In this document: piece by piece, positions 12,467-25,808 of the stretch
How the letters are laid out: every line of letters starts with the position of its first letter
How positions within the stretch are numbered: the first letter of the stretch is position 1
Assembly: GCA_965287045.1 (NCBI GenBank)
Contig: OZ336879.1
Location: 19,034,001 to 19,098,000 of the forward strand
Origin: Carcharhinus amblyrhynchos
Taxonomy: Eukaryota
Direction: 5' to 3'
Length of the DNA: 64,000 nucleotides
Translations under genes and position numbers: made by a program
The notes under the pieces: generated by a model
What the model was told of the DNA's origin: nothing
The model's database searches: none
What the model saw: only the letters and a program-made list of their open reading frames with translations

Positions 12467-12909
12467 ATTATGTGCAAATTAAAACAAAAAAATAATTTGA
12501 TTGATCACTTTTTTTATTAATACGATGTCCCTTATTTAATATCAGTTTTTCTATTATCATTTCCAGTGGTAGTTCTTTTTTACCATAAAACTATTCCAAT
12601 TAACAACTGAGAGTTGAGAAGGAGGGATGCTGAGATGTCCACAGAAAGAAAATGAGAAGTGAGAGGAACATTGGTTCTATCATTAATAATAGTAACTCAT
12701 TGAAATTGCAATGATAACTAGTAGTAGTCCTGGCAACACACAGCCTCCCTCACATTAACAGTAATGTAATAAATTACTGATCGTCTCTAAATAATGCATA
12801 ATAATAATTGAAATGCACCTGTGTCCTACCTATAACTAGTAATAATTTTTTAACCCACTAATATTCATCTGAAAACTGGAACCTGAATTCCCCTGCATTT
12901 GACAGAGTA

Positions 12910-13385
12910 AGGTAAAGTCACATTCGTCCCAGGTGACCATAGGTTGCCTTTTAGAACATAAGAACATAACATAAGAAATAGGAGCAGGAGTAGGCCATCT
13001 AGCCTGCCCCGCCATTCAATAAGATCATGGCTGATCTGTCGTGTCTCAGTTCCACATTCCTGCCCTCTCCCCATAACCCTTAATCCCCTCGCTTATCAAA
13101 AACCCATCAACCCGCGTCTTAAAAATATTTAGCGAGGCAGCCTCCACCACCTCAACGGGCAGAGAATTCCAGAGATTCATCACCCTTTGAGTGAAGAAGT
13201 TCCTCCTCAACTCCTCTTTGAGAAGGAGAACTGACTGGTGATGATTTTAAACTCAGGATCACCACACCTCAGTCAAGGGACAAGGTTGAGAATAACCCCA
13301 ATTGGTATGGGAATTGAACTTGTGCTGCTGACGTCACTCTTCAGCATTAACCAGCTCTCCAGCCAGCTGAGCTGAATCAACCTCC
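12910..13385 (-). mobile_element. tRNA-derived SINE family C, split by a minus-strand CR1 3' fragment (12952-13213)
   Basis: Minus strand reads ttcagctcagctggc (A box) ... aagttcaattccc (B box); the CR1 tail (agaacataagaacat) interrupts its 3' part. Confidence 0.65.
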
Positions 13386-13499
13386 CATAACAGTAAAGCA
13401 TGGCATTTATGTCTCTCTTTATAGTTGGCTTCGAGTTTGAACTTAGGGTCTGTGTGAATCTGAATTGGAACTCTCAGTCCTAGTGGGAGAAATGGGTAA

Positions 13500-14220
13500 T
13501 TTTCACATTGGCAAACTGTAACTCGTGAAGTGCAGTGAATAATGCTGGGGCCTCAATAACTTACAACCTCTAGTAATGAATCGGATAACTGAATGTGTGA
13601 TAGCTAAATTTGCTAATGATATAAAGATAGGTAGCATAGAGTCTACAAAGACAAATAGGTAAAGTGAGCCGGCATAAATTTGGCTGACAGATAACTTTAT
13701 TGGAAAGATTAGAAAATCAGAAAGTTATTTATGTAGAGGGAGACTGCAGAATACTCTGGTACAGAGGGATCTGAGTGTCCTTATACACGGGTCACAAAAA
13801 GATAAATGGAATGTTAACTTTTACTGTAAGGGGGATGAAATATTCCAGAAAGGAAGTCTTGCTACAACTGTACTGAGTATCAGTGAAAATGCACCTAGAA
13901 TACTGCGTATGGTTTTATAGGAACATGGGACTAAGGAGTAAGAGTAGGCCATTTAGCCTTTGAGTGTGCTCCACCATTTGGTAAGATTATGATTGAACTG
14001 ATTGTGGTCTGAATTCCATTCCTTTGGCTCCCTTGTCTATCAAAAATATATCTAACACAGTATTGAATAAATGACCCAGTCTCTACTGCACTCTGGGGTA
14101 GAAATTTCCATAGAATAATGATCAATTAAGGGGAAAAAAATCCTCTCCTCCTAAAAAGGAGACTGATTACTTTTAATCTGCACCCCTCTCATTCTTGTCT
14201 CTCCCACAGGAGGAATCATT
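13500..14220. mobile_element. Degenerate CR1 LINE fragments (+ 13500-13920, - 13930-14220)
   Basis: KFA(N)DIKIG, RDL(S)VL and HLEYCV remnants, followed by an inverted CR1 3' tail. Confidence 0.7.
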
Positions 14221-14224
14221 CATC

Positions 14225-15248
14225 TGTTACGACCACAGCAGATGATATTGTTAAGATAGATCCCAGAGAGGATCTTATCCTATTGATCATAAACATTTTA
14301 TTTGCATTTGAAAACAAGGAGGGAGAGCTACTAACCCCAAAAGCATAGAACTACAGTATAACCTTGGGGAACTTAAAAATTTTCAAAATGTATTAAAAAG
14401 AAAATAAAACCTAAGCACAAAAGTTTGGAAGTTACACAGTTCAAAGAGAATGACAGAACAACTCCCAAAAATCCACTTGGTTAAAACACAAGTAAACTAA
14501 TTTTTGGGGAGCAAATCCCTTATAGATTTTGACTTGAAAAATCCAGTAATATTCCCTAAAGGAAAGAATTGTTGTCACTTTAATAAAGGTATACCATAGA
14601 ACGTCTCAAACATTTCCACTCTGATGTGCAATTCCATAAAGAAAATTCAGTTCGGAAACAAACTGCTTTCTAAAAGCAGATCCTTTTTCTGGCTTGAAGC
14701 CAGGTGACTGCTTCAAGTGCAATACTTTCACACCTTCTCAGCATACAGATCTCTGGTCTTCAACACTTGTCCCCAAACAGCCACACAACTCAGCTAATCA
14801 TCTTTTCTTAAGTAATTTTCCCTCTGTCATTTCAAGTTTCATTGCACTCAAACACCTCTTTGAGCTCAACATTTCCAAATATTAAAATCTTTGAATTCCT
14901 ATTGCTTCAACTTGCAGGTCAATAAGTTTTAATATATCTTCCCCTATTTACCTATAAAACCCTTTGTAAAATTTCCTTGCAACCTTTGAACTTTCCTTTG
15001 AAATTCAGTAAATCAACAACCAAGTCTCCACTGATCTCATAATGCAAATTTTAGATCCAACCACTTTGCTTGTAAATCAAATGCACCATAACCCCTCATA
15101 GTCTCCTCAATCTAATACCGTTATGCTTTTATCTCAGTTTTCACAGGCAAACTGCCTCTGTGACCTGCTTAGTTTAATTAGTAATGGACACACACACACA
15201 CGAAAACACATACGTATACACACACACATGCACATCCCAAATTTTACA
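14225..15248 (-). mobile_element. Probable solo LTR
   Basis: Begins tgttacg and ends tttaca, about 1 kb non-coding, interrupts a CR1 fragment; no TSD recovered. Confidence 0.5.
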
Positions 15249-15299
15249 AAGGTGAGGAAAGGTAGTTAATTGTTTGCAATTTAAACTTAAATCCACCAT

Positions 15300-15478
15300 T
15301 GGACCAAGGCTGTGCGGGTTAGGTTGAATGGCCATTCTAAATTGATCTAGTGTCAGGAGGGGTTAGCAAGGTCAATATGTAGGCTACAGGAATAGGTCCT
15401 TTGTGGGATTGTGGTGGGTGCAGACTCGATAGTCTGAAAAGCCTCCTTCTGCACCGTAAGGTCTCCATGGATTCTATA
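15300..15478 (+). mobile_element. HE1 V-SINE 3' half
   Basis: tgtgcgggttaggttgaatggccat...ccttctgcaccgtaagg tail. Confidence 0.75.
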
Positions 15479-16299
15479 TTTTTCCTCCGTGCTCTTCCCC
15501 TTAGAGCATGTCCCATAGTTTGGGCACTGTTGAAATAGGTTAACTGTTAGAATTTCTTGGAAATGTGCAGAAAATACTCAAAGACTAATGGAATAACTCA
15601 CTTCATATCCTGATGACTTGAATACAAGGGTTGGACATGATGCTGCAGCTAAGCAAATATGGTGTTGTATCACACATGGAGTATTAGATTCAACTTTGTC
15701 TAGCTACACAATGCATTTCATTTTGCATTCAATTTGGTATTTAACACTCATAGAATTTTACCTGATATGTTGATTGATTTTCACCACTTTGTTTCACCTT
15801 CTCTGAACTTCTTCCAATGTGATTATGTTCCTCCTTAGGTAAGGTGACTAAAACTGTGCATGAGACTCTAGGTATGATCTCATCAATACCCCCAGTATGA
15901 CTCATTGTTATTTTACTTGCTCCATCTCCTAGCTCAACACCTGTGGGCTGAGAACATTTTGTCCAAATTTTATGCCAAGCTCTAAGACTGTGGCAGTATA
16001 AATCCTCAAAATGCTTTGAACCCAGAGGACCGTTCAACTGAGCTGCTGACCTCCATGTTCTGCTCTTGCTGCCACGTACAGTATTTTGTTGAGAATATCA
16101 CTTCCATAAAGACACTCTTTGGCCTGGATGTGTCATAGTTAAGACAATCAGATTCTTAATCATTGACTAATCGTTGCATGTTTTTGCTCAAGGGAATCTC
16201 AATGCTGGTTTCACAGATCTGTCTGAGATAAGAATATTGGGCATCTGCCAATTCTGTGAAGCCTTGACTAAAGATTAGCAGTACTTTTTGCCAAATAGA

Positions 16300-17372
16300 T
16301 TGAAGCTGGATACAATCAGATGCAAAGTTTTGAAATCAATGAATAAGCTGCTGATGCAAAGATAGGTAGTGTTATAAGGAGTGTATATGGAAGTGTAAAA
16401 TTTATAGACTTGGCTGGGATGGTGGGTGGAGGGGGGACACAGTTGGCCATCATGTGGATTTGATTAATGCCCTTAGCAGATTGTTTGTTTGATCCCTGTT
16501 GTTCAAGTTGAGATAGACTCAGGATCTGCCTCCTTACCTCTCCGACACAAAGTCTGAGGACTTTGCCATCCATTGTCTACCAAATTATTATTGAGGATCC
16601 ATTTTCAGGCAAAGAATTGAAGAAGGAGATTAATAGATTAAGGTGATTGGGAACATCTGTGGCTGGCCTTCAAGATGGGCATCCATTTTGGCCCAAAAGA
16701 ATAGGATAGGATACTTCCTGGATAGTGACCCACTAGAAGTGGGTCCAGACACACAAATTCTGAAAATGTTATGAACAGTTAAATAAAGTAATCAAATGAG
16801 GCTAATGGAATGTTATCTTTTATATAAACATTGGTAACTATACAAAACCTGGTTAGGCTAACACCTGGAGTACTGTGCGCAGCCTGGGATTTTAGAAATG
16901 ATATATTGACCTTTGAGAAAGTGCAATATGGATTTTCAAGAATTATACTTGAAGTGCAGGGAATAAATTGTGAGGTGAGATTGCCCAAAGTAGGGTTGTA
17001 CTCCATGGTATTTCGAAGAGTGAGATGTTATTTTTCATGATAAAGGGGATCCAATAAGATACATCCAGGCAAACATTCTGCCAGTTAGACAGAATAAGAG
17101 TAGAGGGCTGGTCTGATAATTAGAATGAGAACTTTCAAGAGTGAATGAAGGAAACAGTTTTGTAGAGTATGGTCAAAGATTAGAGCTGCCTTCTGCAAAA
17201 CCTGCAGTATGATTTGGAATTTTAAAAGTGAGATCGATAGACTGTTGTTATCCAAAAGTATTAAGAGATATTGACAAACACAAGTAAACAGAATTGGGTT
17301 TCAAATCCAACCTGTTTGCCTCATGGAATAATGGAACAGGCTCAAGGGGCTAAATGGCTTAATCTTGTTCCA
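16300..17372 (+). mobile_element. Old CR1 LINE 3' fragment with an internal insertion (about 16390-16610)
   Basis: Eroded (LY)KTLVR..LEYC..W and RVRC motifs; tail aaggggctaaatggcttaatcttgttcc. Confidence 0.65.
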
Positions 17373-19334
17373 CGCTAATTCTGCCTACGCAGTGCCTGAG
17401 CATTAAACCTGAAGTTGTAACAATTCCAGACAAGTTCTAATTGGAAATTAGCAATCCGGACAAAAGCCTATGTTAACATCAGACTTTCAGAGAAGTGTAT
17501 CTTATTAACACCATGCCCATTTGGCAGCTTTTTTCACCCTTTCACCCAAAAATCTCTTGACAATGTCAAGAGAGTACAAGCTTTCCAAGATACATTTCCA
17601 AAGAATCACTATTTTTGGCTTGTTTAGAATTGTTGTTGTAAATGTGGGTTTGCAGAATCTTCGCACTGTTGCACACTGATTCCATTCACACCAGCAATTT
17701 CCTGTTGATACAAACCATTATTAATACTTTGAGTTATTTTATAGCAGCATAATAATGCTTAGCTTCCTCATCATTGCTTTTATGGAACTGAACCAGCTAG
17801 GAATGAAAACAATCGCCAGGATTGACTTTCACTGTCGCAGCTGCATAATTTCTATTATTTTACAGATTTGCCTTTTCAGATGTAACAAATTTACACATCA
17901 ACACTGACTCACTTGATCAGTTCATCCCATTTCTGGCTAATGAAATATAATGGACCAGGCAAAGTGTTGGCTTTTTATCCAGTCTACTGTGCCTCTCCAT
18001 TCCTTCCTTCTCTTGATCAAAGTCTCAAGTGTTGGGTAATTGAACCATGATTTCTACTGCCTCTACAAGTAATTCATGCCTGCTCTCTCAGTTCTCTTGG
18101 GCATGTCCTAATTTATTAATGGTCTCTCTACAGCGGAACCATATCACATTGGATGAAGATTTGCATCCAAAATACTGATTGAAAATTCCAAGCTACAATT
18201 TCATATGCAAAGTACCTCCTCGGAAAATACTTCTGGAGGAAAGAATTGGTTGTTATATGGTATTAAAATATAAACATACTCTTCTCAAGTAAATTATAAT
18301 GTTGCTACACACAAAAGCCAAAGCAATTCTTAGACCAACGCACATATTGTTTTGTATTTTACATGCCCTCACTGGGGTATTATTCATTCATTAACCAATA
18401 ATATTATTCATTAATTAGGCTCATTGTTCAGCCATTTGACCCTGATAATACACTGCCTTTCCCATAAAACATTTGATGTGGGCAGTCCGGTGGAACTGGG
18501 TAGCTGGATGTTTTAAAATACCTTCGAAGGGAGGGAAGGAAATGGTGGGGGAGGGTGTTCTATAATTGGGACTGCCCTTTGCTGATTGAGGACGGATGCT
18601 CCCCCTAAGATTGAATGCCCCATTTCTTTCTACCTGCAGCTTTAGCCTCACTTCACCCTCAATACCCACCCACTGCCTTCACCCCTTTCTCTGACTCACC
18701 CTTCTATGACTCCAGATTTACCTGGTTCTGGGATCCATGGGCCTTCTTCGTCAACCCTCTCTTGCAGTCCTGTCAATGCTCACTAACACACTCTTAGCTG
18801 ATAGAGCTGCTGGCCAGTCAGATTGGTCCATAGATCTTCAGGGCAACATTTGGTCTCCACTGAGGGCAGAGGTCCCACACTGGCCCTGTTAAGCCCAGCT
18901 GCAGTGCTTTAAGACTGCATGATGAATTGAGGTGGACCGGGTTGGTTCCATGCTGACTTTGCTTCCAAGGTGGGGGAGTGAGCTGTTACCCCCAATAATT
19001 TTCAACCCATTGTTTTAAAAGTTGGTACCCTGAAGTCACAAAAAAAAACAGGCAGCTCCTTGTAAATGTAATCTTATGTATTATTTTACAAGGAGGTAAA
19101 TTTGGGACTCTTAGTGATAATCTCCTGATTGTGTGGGAGTATTTAGAAGCTGTACTGTATCCATGTACTGGCCTAATTAGATACTATAAAATAATTGAAG
19201 TTTATGTAAATCATGTTGTGCATCAAGTTCCTGTTGTTCAACTGAATGCAGCTCCTCCCATACTCAGCAGCCTTATGGGACAAGTGCTCCAGCAAAACTC
19301 CAAGCAGTTGAATCCAGACATCCATCACAGGAGG

Positions 19335-19705
19335 AGGTGAATGATCCTGATAATTGTATTATCACTAGGCGATTAATCCAGAAACTCAGCTAACTTTCTG
19401 GGGACACAGGTTCGAATCCTGTCACAACAGATGGTGGAATTTGACTTCAATGAAAAAATCTGAATTAAGAATCCATTGATGAAGAACAAAAAAAAACAAA
19501 ATTACAGCACAGGAGCCTCCAAGCCTGCACTGACCATGCTGCCCAACAGAACTAAAGCCCCGTACTCTTCTGGGGACCATATTCCTCCATTCCCATCCTG
19601 TTGATGAACATGAAACAGTTGTCAGTCGTTGGGGGAAAAAAATCTGATTTATTATTGCCCTTTAAGAAAGGAATCTGCCATTCTTACCTGATCTGGTCTA
19701 CACAA
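19335..19705 (+). mobile_element. SINE family B (5' part) split by a CR1 tail (19483-19600, minus)
   Basis: taatccagaaactcagctaactttctggggacacaggttcgaatcc head, as in the 55480 copy. Confidence 0.75.
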
Positions 19706-19714
19706 CTAGAGATG

Positions 19715-21040
19715 TTTCAGAGAAGGTGCCTATGCTTTGGATTATACTCTTTGGAGTTTAAGAAAATGAGAAGTGGACTTACTGAAGCATGCAAGAACCT
19801 GTGTGCACTTGACAAGGTGGGTGCAGAGAGGATATTTACCCTTATTGGAGAGACTAGAACTCAGGAATGTAATTAAAAAAAAGCGTCCTCCCATTTAAGA
19901 TGAAAAAGGAGGAAGAATTTCTTCTCACAGAGGTTTGTTAATATTTGGAACTGAATATATTCAATGCTGAGTTAGATAGATGTTTGCTTAACAAGTGAGT
20001 CAACGGTCATGGGGGCAGAGTGGAAAATGGAATTAAGGCCAGTTGACGGGGTTTTCTTTGAGGTTATGTGTTGTTAAACTTAAGCTAAATACAGACACTC
20101 GTGAAACTCAGTGTACTGATTTTAAGACGTGTTGTTATTAACTAAACGATCAAATAGGAAAATGATATAAAGAAGCCTAGCACTCGAGACAGAGAACGCA
20201 GGCAGACCAATGTCACCCTGAAAAGCAATCCTCCATGAGGGCAATCATAAATTCTCAAAATCATACTTCCCACCTTTCTGGTTGGCATTATCTAGTAAAC
20301 ATTAATATAAATCAATCAATAACCATCCCTGTTACAAACTCCAACCAATAACAATTTACATCCTGACTTCATGGGATCTTATTTGTCCTTAATTTTGGAT
20401 GTTAACTCCCTCAGTTGCCCAGCAACACAGGATGCTGGACAGTGAAATGGAAGAGTGATTCCCACAGATACAAAGCCATGTGACACTTGTCCATGTCCTG
20501 AGAAAATCCTTATGCCCGCCATGCACCAGCGTTATGAGTTTTGAGCTGTATGGTTCTATTCATCCAACTGGCATTGGTAGTCATCTTTTTCTCATCAATG
20601 GCTGATAAAGTGGCTGCATTCAGTAAAACCATTGTCCTAGGAAATGCAGGCTACATCTACATCTACAACTTATCCCATCAAGCTCTACTGTATCGTGCTG
20701 ATGGCTGAACTTTTTCAAAATGCATTCGAAAAGCAAACTGCATCCATTTTAAAAATTCAAAATACGTGTTTTAAATGAGAAATACTTGTTATTTAGTCAG
20801 AGCTGTCTTTAAGTGGCAGCCCTAACTAACTGGCAGCACTTGCTAGAGTGTAAGATCATTCACTCTTAAGTCAGTATTGTGTTAGTATTCTCAAACCATA
20901 ATTATGCATTTCTATTAGTCTAATTTATTCCCCCCTACATTAAGGCCATGTTGAGCTCGGTCATAATCTTATTGAATTCTGGCAAAGGCTTGAAGGGCCA
21001 AATGGGCTACTCCTGCCCCTATTTCTGATGTTCTTATAGA
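19715..21040 (+). mobile_element. CR1 3' fragment interrupted by a 0.9-kb insertion
   Basis: GLYSLEFKKMRSGLTEACK (ORF 19601-19876); the tail resumes at 20949. Confidence 0.75.
20042..20938 (-). mobile_element. Unclassified LTR-like insertion
   Basis: Flanked by 10-bp direct repeat attaaggcca (20032-20041, 20939-20948); the minus strand starts (T)GTAGGGGGG like an LTR. Confidence 0.55.
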
Positions 21041-21339
21041 GGGATGGCTGGCTAAGGCAGTCAACCATCAGAACAGTTTGCAGCCATGGTTACAGCAATG
21101 GTTTGTTGCCTGCCAACCAGAGGCAGGCAGCCAAATGAGTTTGAGAGCTTTGTGGATAACGCATTTTACAGCTGTGATCACCCTGCAGCTTAATCATCTC
21201 TAGTAGGAGGTGATGATGTTGTGGTATTTTCACTGAACTCATAATCCAGAGACCCAGATTAGTGCTCTGGGGACCTGGGTTTGGTCCCATCATGGCAGAT
21301 GGTGGAATTTGTAATCATTAAATACCTGAATAAACTAGA

Positions 21340-22500
21340 TCTATGAGCACCAAGGTGAGTATCTCTGGGCTGGTGGGGGCTGTAGCTGAATGCTGTGATG
21401 GCAAGAAGTCATGCTCATCCTCCTCTGAGATCTCCTGCAGGCTGGAGCTAAGTTCAGGTGTGGGAACTGACTTCACCCCATTCCCACTTGCACCTGGAAT
21501 CAAGAAAGGAGGGAATGAGTGATTGCTTAGGCTGCGTCTTACACTGCACAGAGCCTGACTCTCTGGTTCTGACTTGCAGACATTTAGCATGCTTCCTCAT
21601 TGCAAGCTTTGGGGGAGGCTGACCTCACCCTCGGCACAGGCACGGTTATGATCCCCCTGAACCAGCTTAACAAACAGCTGTTCAAACTGTATGAGGGTGC
21701 CCCTTCCCATCTCTTCCCCCTCTCAATAGTTGTGCAGGGTCTTCACCTGCATAAGGACAGGTCGATGGATTGAGAATATGTCAGATGCTGTAGCAGGTCA
21801 AATGTTGCTGGTCCCGTGACTGGTACATGACATTGTGTCTCCCCAGTGCCTGTCTACCACACACAAGGCACATGTGTGGGTGTGAAGAAATATTGTCCAT
21901 TGCCTGGAAAAATGCAGGATAAAGCAGCTCCCTCCAGACTTGCGAGCTCTAGCAGGTAGAAGGTCAAGCACAACAAAGGCATGGCATCAGCGACATCTGC
22001 AATTTGTACTCTCTTCCAGCCTCCCCACCCTTCATCATGGCTGAATCTGCAGTGTGGTTTGCTCAGCAAGTCACAGTTTTGCTTCCACCAGCAGATCACA
22101 TAGACTGCAATGGACAATGATGTAACAGAAACTTCTCGAGGGCTGTTATTAATGGGCAGCACAAATGCTGGCCTCGCCACAGATGCCCATACTCTTTGAC
22201 TGATTCAGAAAATGGTGAGGTGAGTCCGGAGAGCACAGGGTTCACTTACACTGGTGGAGCGGATTAAATAATTTATGTGTTTTCTGCACTGCAGGGCACA
22301 CCATCTCAGCACCTTTGTGTCACTGACTATCATGGTGACTTCTTCCCAGGCCACTGTACTCCCATTTTTTGGAGAGAACTGATGGCTTCTCTGATTAATG
22401 GCCTGGAGGAGAGTCTCGAGGAAGGTATCATTAAACCTTTCAGCTGGTGCATGCTGCTTTCTGGAGACCAGCTCGGTGCTCAGAAGTCTTGGCATATTGA
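21340..22500 (-). pseudogene. Harbinger Myb/SANT-like DNA-binding gene remnant
   Basis: ORF 22205-22495 ERFNDTFLETLLQAI...AWEEVTMIVS...RWCALQCRKHINYL fits the Myb/SANT trihelix pattern, with GTAAGT after it; downstream acidic S/T-rich tract (EISEEDEHDFLPSQHSATAPTSPEILT). Confidence 0.7.
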
Positions 22501-22699
22501 ATCATTGGCCATCCACGTGAAGTTAACATATGGCCCCCAGTCATGGTGGCAGGGTGTGCGATTTGCTGCCTGCCTCGTCACATAATACTTAGTGGTCCTC
22601 CAGGCTGCATCATTAATCAAGTGAGCAGTGTACGTTTTGACATATTCACCCACCCCACTCTCTGGCGGAACTCACTCCGACCCCTCAATTACTCCGTTA

Positions 22700-22930
22700 C
22701 GTGAAGCCACCAAACTTCTCCTGATGCTGCTTCCATGACCTTGCGGCTCCACTCCTAGCAATCTTTTCTCTAACTATCTGTTCCACTGCCTTCTCATCAT
22801 GTGGCTGGAGTGCCTCCTGCCCCCAATCACTCCACCCCAGCCCCAACTCAGGTAAAGGACACATCTCCTTTCTATCATCTCCACCAAGACTTCCAGAGCA
22901 GCACTGAAAGACATGAAGGTCTGATCCCTC
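22700..22930 (-). pseudogene. Second Harbinger Myb/SANT-like remnant
   Basis: Minus strand FSAALEVLVEMIERR...GRRHSSHMMRRQW...ARSWKQHQEKF. Confidence 0.55.
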
Positions 22931-25279
22931 CTATGATCAACCATTCTCCTATCTTTCCTGGGTTAGATTCAATTGTGTAATAACTCACTGTTGCAGCCAC
23001 AACAAAACTCCTCTTGAAGTGGTGCAGGCTAACTTCAAGTAGTGAAAGCGATGAATGATATTGTGCCCTGCTCGTGTGTAGGTAGTGCAGGCTAATTGCA
23101 GTCATCATTAGAATTAGTAGGCAGCACAAAGTTTGTGTACTTCCTGTACTCTATTCACCAGGCATAGATGACTCATTTTCAGGAGCTACCGATTTATATC
23201 CCAGTAACTTAATGCCAGTTTAGTCGCGTACTGGTTAGTTTGAGCGTAAATCTCTTTATCCAGCAAGTGCTCTAGCTCAATCACAATCTCCCAACTTAAT
23301 TTCTCTCTGATGGGAAGACCACAGAACTAGGAGATTAGTTTTGCACTGTTCACTCAAAGAACTAGCAAAGATACGATTTGACAAATGGCTACCTGTAATC
23401 ACAGGCATTCACTAAGGCATTGCTCCTCAAGAATCCCCATGTAGCTCTACCGAGTACACTACAATTTATGACCACATACTTTGTGTTTCTTCATCATGTA
23501 AGTCATCCTCTTCTTTTCTTTCTAATCCTCCTCAGCCAAGTGATACATAGGTACCTGAATTGACCATTTTCAACACCAAAAAATATTAGCGTGTCCAATA
23601 GGTACATCTATTTTGTGCCAATAGAGACTTAGCAGGTCCTTGATTGTTGCATGGTAGTTTTTCAGTGTACACTGCTGGCTTGCAGCGATGCAAAAAGGAG
23701 AGCTTAATGTGCAAGTCTCCCCCCTGTCATTGTGCAGTTTTGTAATCATCAAGTCCTCTGCGGTGACATATAGAAACTTGATACCTTGCAACCCTAAGGT
23801 AAAGGTTCACAATAACTTGGAGAGGGTTTTCCTCCCAGATATGCAGTGTGCTGATTGTAACATCTTCCGGCAACTCCTATATTCAAACTTGTACCAAATG
23901 CAGCATTTTGCATTCTTTTACAGCCAGAGAGGTCAGGAGGCAGTTGAGGCAGCTCAGGCTTGTACTCAGGCCAAGGCACTCCAGTTTTGCTGGAAAGATG
24001 AAGACAACATGGGAGAAAACATTTATAAGTGATGAACCCATCTCGAATGGTGTAGGAAACGGATGCTCTAGGTTGTCACTGATGTTGAGAGGGACCATCA
24101 TATCAAAATATTCAGCTAGTGCTGACCTCAAGTGGGGCAGCCCCTCCTAACCAAACCACACTACCCCCTCCCTGAGTAACCCATCCTGGTCTACCTCCTA
24201 CCTGCTTCACTAAGTGGATGGCACTTAGAGTCTCAGCTCCACAGGCAGATCAAATCCATTGTACCAGGTCAACAAATGAAACAAGCAGAAGGAAAATACT
24301 AGCTTATGGATTGCAAGCTAGAACATCTGAATGGGATGGATAGTAATGTTTCAGTTGGATGACGATGTCTGCAAGGCAGTCATGATTGACATGGACTAGT
24401 TGACTGAATTTATTCATTGAAAGAAAGCCATTGCACATTCATCTGGAAGGGAAAGAGTTCGTAGGAAATGCATCAGCAGGGTGCACATTGTAAGTAATTT
24501 GCTGCTCTTGATGATAGAATCCCCAACAAATGGTTTGAGCCATGTTCTCTCCATTTGCCTGTGAACTCAAACAAGGCTAGATAATCTCAAGATTATCTCT
24601 GCTCCAGCAGAGATAAAAGACCAGTTCTATGAGGAACTTAAAACTGCTATTAGCAGAAATCTTAAGTCAGAACATTTTCATCTACTGGGGAATTTCAAAG
24701 CAATATTGGAAGCAGGTTATGGGGCATAGTCCACTTGCCTTGGAAAGATGCATTAAAACTGACAGAGATTAGTTTTGCTGCTGCCATGATGTCTAACACT
24801 TTCTTTCAGAATAAACTCTATAATAAGGTATTTTGGAGCCATGGAAGGAGAGGACATTGACATCATCCGGACCTGATCATCACCAGGCATAACACATGCA
24901 ACAGCACCCTCAGCATATGCGATTGCCATAGTGCTGACTGCAACACAGATCACTGCACCAGAGTCAGAATACATTGAAGTATTACCATTAAAGCAAAAAA
25001 AACTGTCTCAGTATCAACATCAACCATGATTTTCATGCTGTAAACCTTTATCAACAATACTGCCTCACCAGGTAGTTTCACAATTACATTGAATAGGCCC
25101 TCTCCTACATTCACACACAGTGTAGAAGAGAAATGGAACATTCCCTGGATTACCACTTACAATATTGCACTTGCAATATATGGGAAACAAAAATTAAAAA
25201 GATATTGACATGGAAACCAGATAACCACTGTTAATGATTATAAGAAATATCCGGGCAACAAGGCTCAACACTGAGTTTA

Positions 25280-25640
25280 ACAGGTTTTAATCCATGTTCC
25301 ATTTTGCTTCCCTCCGTTTGCTTGTTTCTTTTTTTCAGTCAGCAGCACACCTGATCTAAGCACTTTTTTTTTCTTTTCTTGCCCCATCACCATTTCCTTT
25401 CACCATTATTTCCCCTTTCTTCTGTCATTCAATCTCTCCTCTCTTCCACCCGATCACAGACTTTACTTTTGTCCCATCTGACACTTGATCAAAATCTATT
25501 ACATCTCCAACATATCCATGTTCTGATGAAAGGTCATAGACTGGAATCATTAACTGTCTGTCTCTCTCCATAGATGCTGCCATAATCTATTGAATATTTC
25601 CAACATTATTCACTTTTATTTCAGATTTTCCCAAACACAG
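25280..25640 (+). mobile_element. Penelope-like 3' end, family B, with degenerate hammerhead core
   Basis: Pyrimidine-rich tract, then ttCTGATGAaaggtcatagactgGAATcattaactgtctgtctctctccatagatgctgcc. Confidence 0.65.
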
Positions 25641-25808
25641 AATATTGCATTTTGATTAGAAACTATCCTGAATGCCAGTGTCACTTTGGAATGGGAAAAT
25701 TGACAATTCACATGACCTTCTCAATCTGTTGCAACTGAAATATGGAGAACAAAGGATGCCACCATATATTGTCTTAATTGATTTCGACAAGGCAATGAAC
25801 CATGTGAG

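Noticed and set aside
11182-12482. Cluster of overlapping Pro/Gly-rich ORFs
   Set aside because: By-product of C-rich and G-rich arms of a non-autonomous transposon; no domain-like content
17480-17950. Acceptor-like sites followed by 28-62 codon open frames on either strand
   Set aside because: Lengths are within chance expectation; no homology recognised
23688-24150. Overlapping 100-114 aa ORFs
   Set aside because: They lie at or in the 5' region of the RTE element; no recognisable protein features
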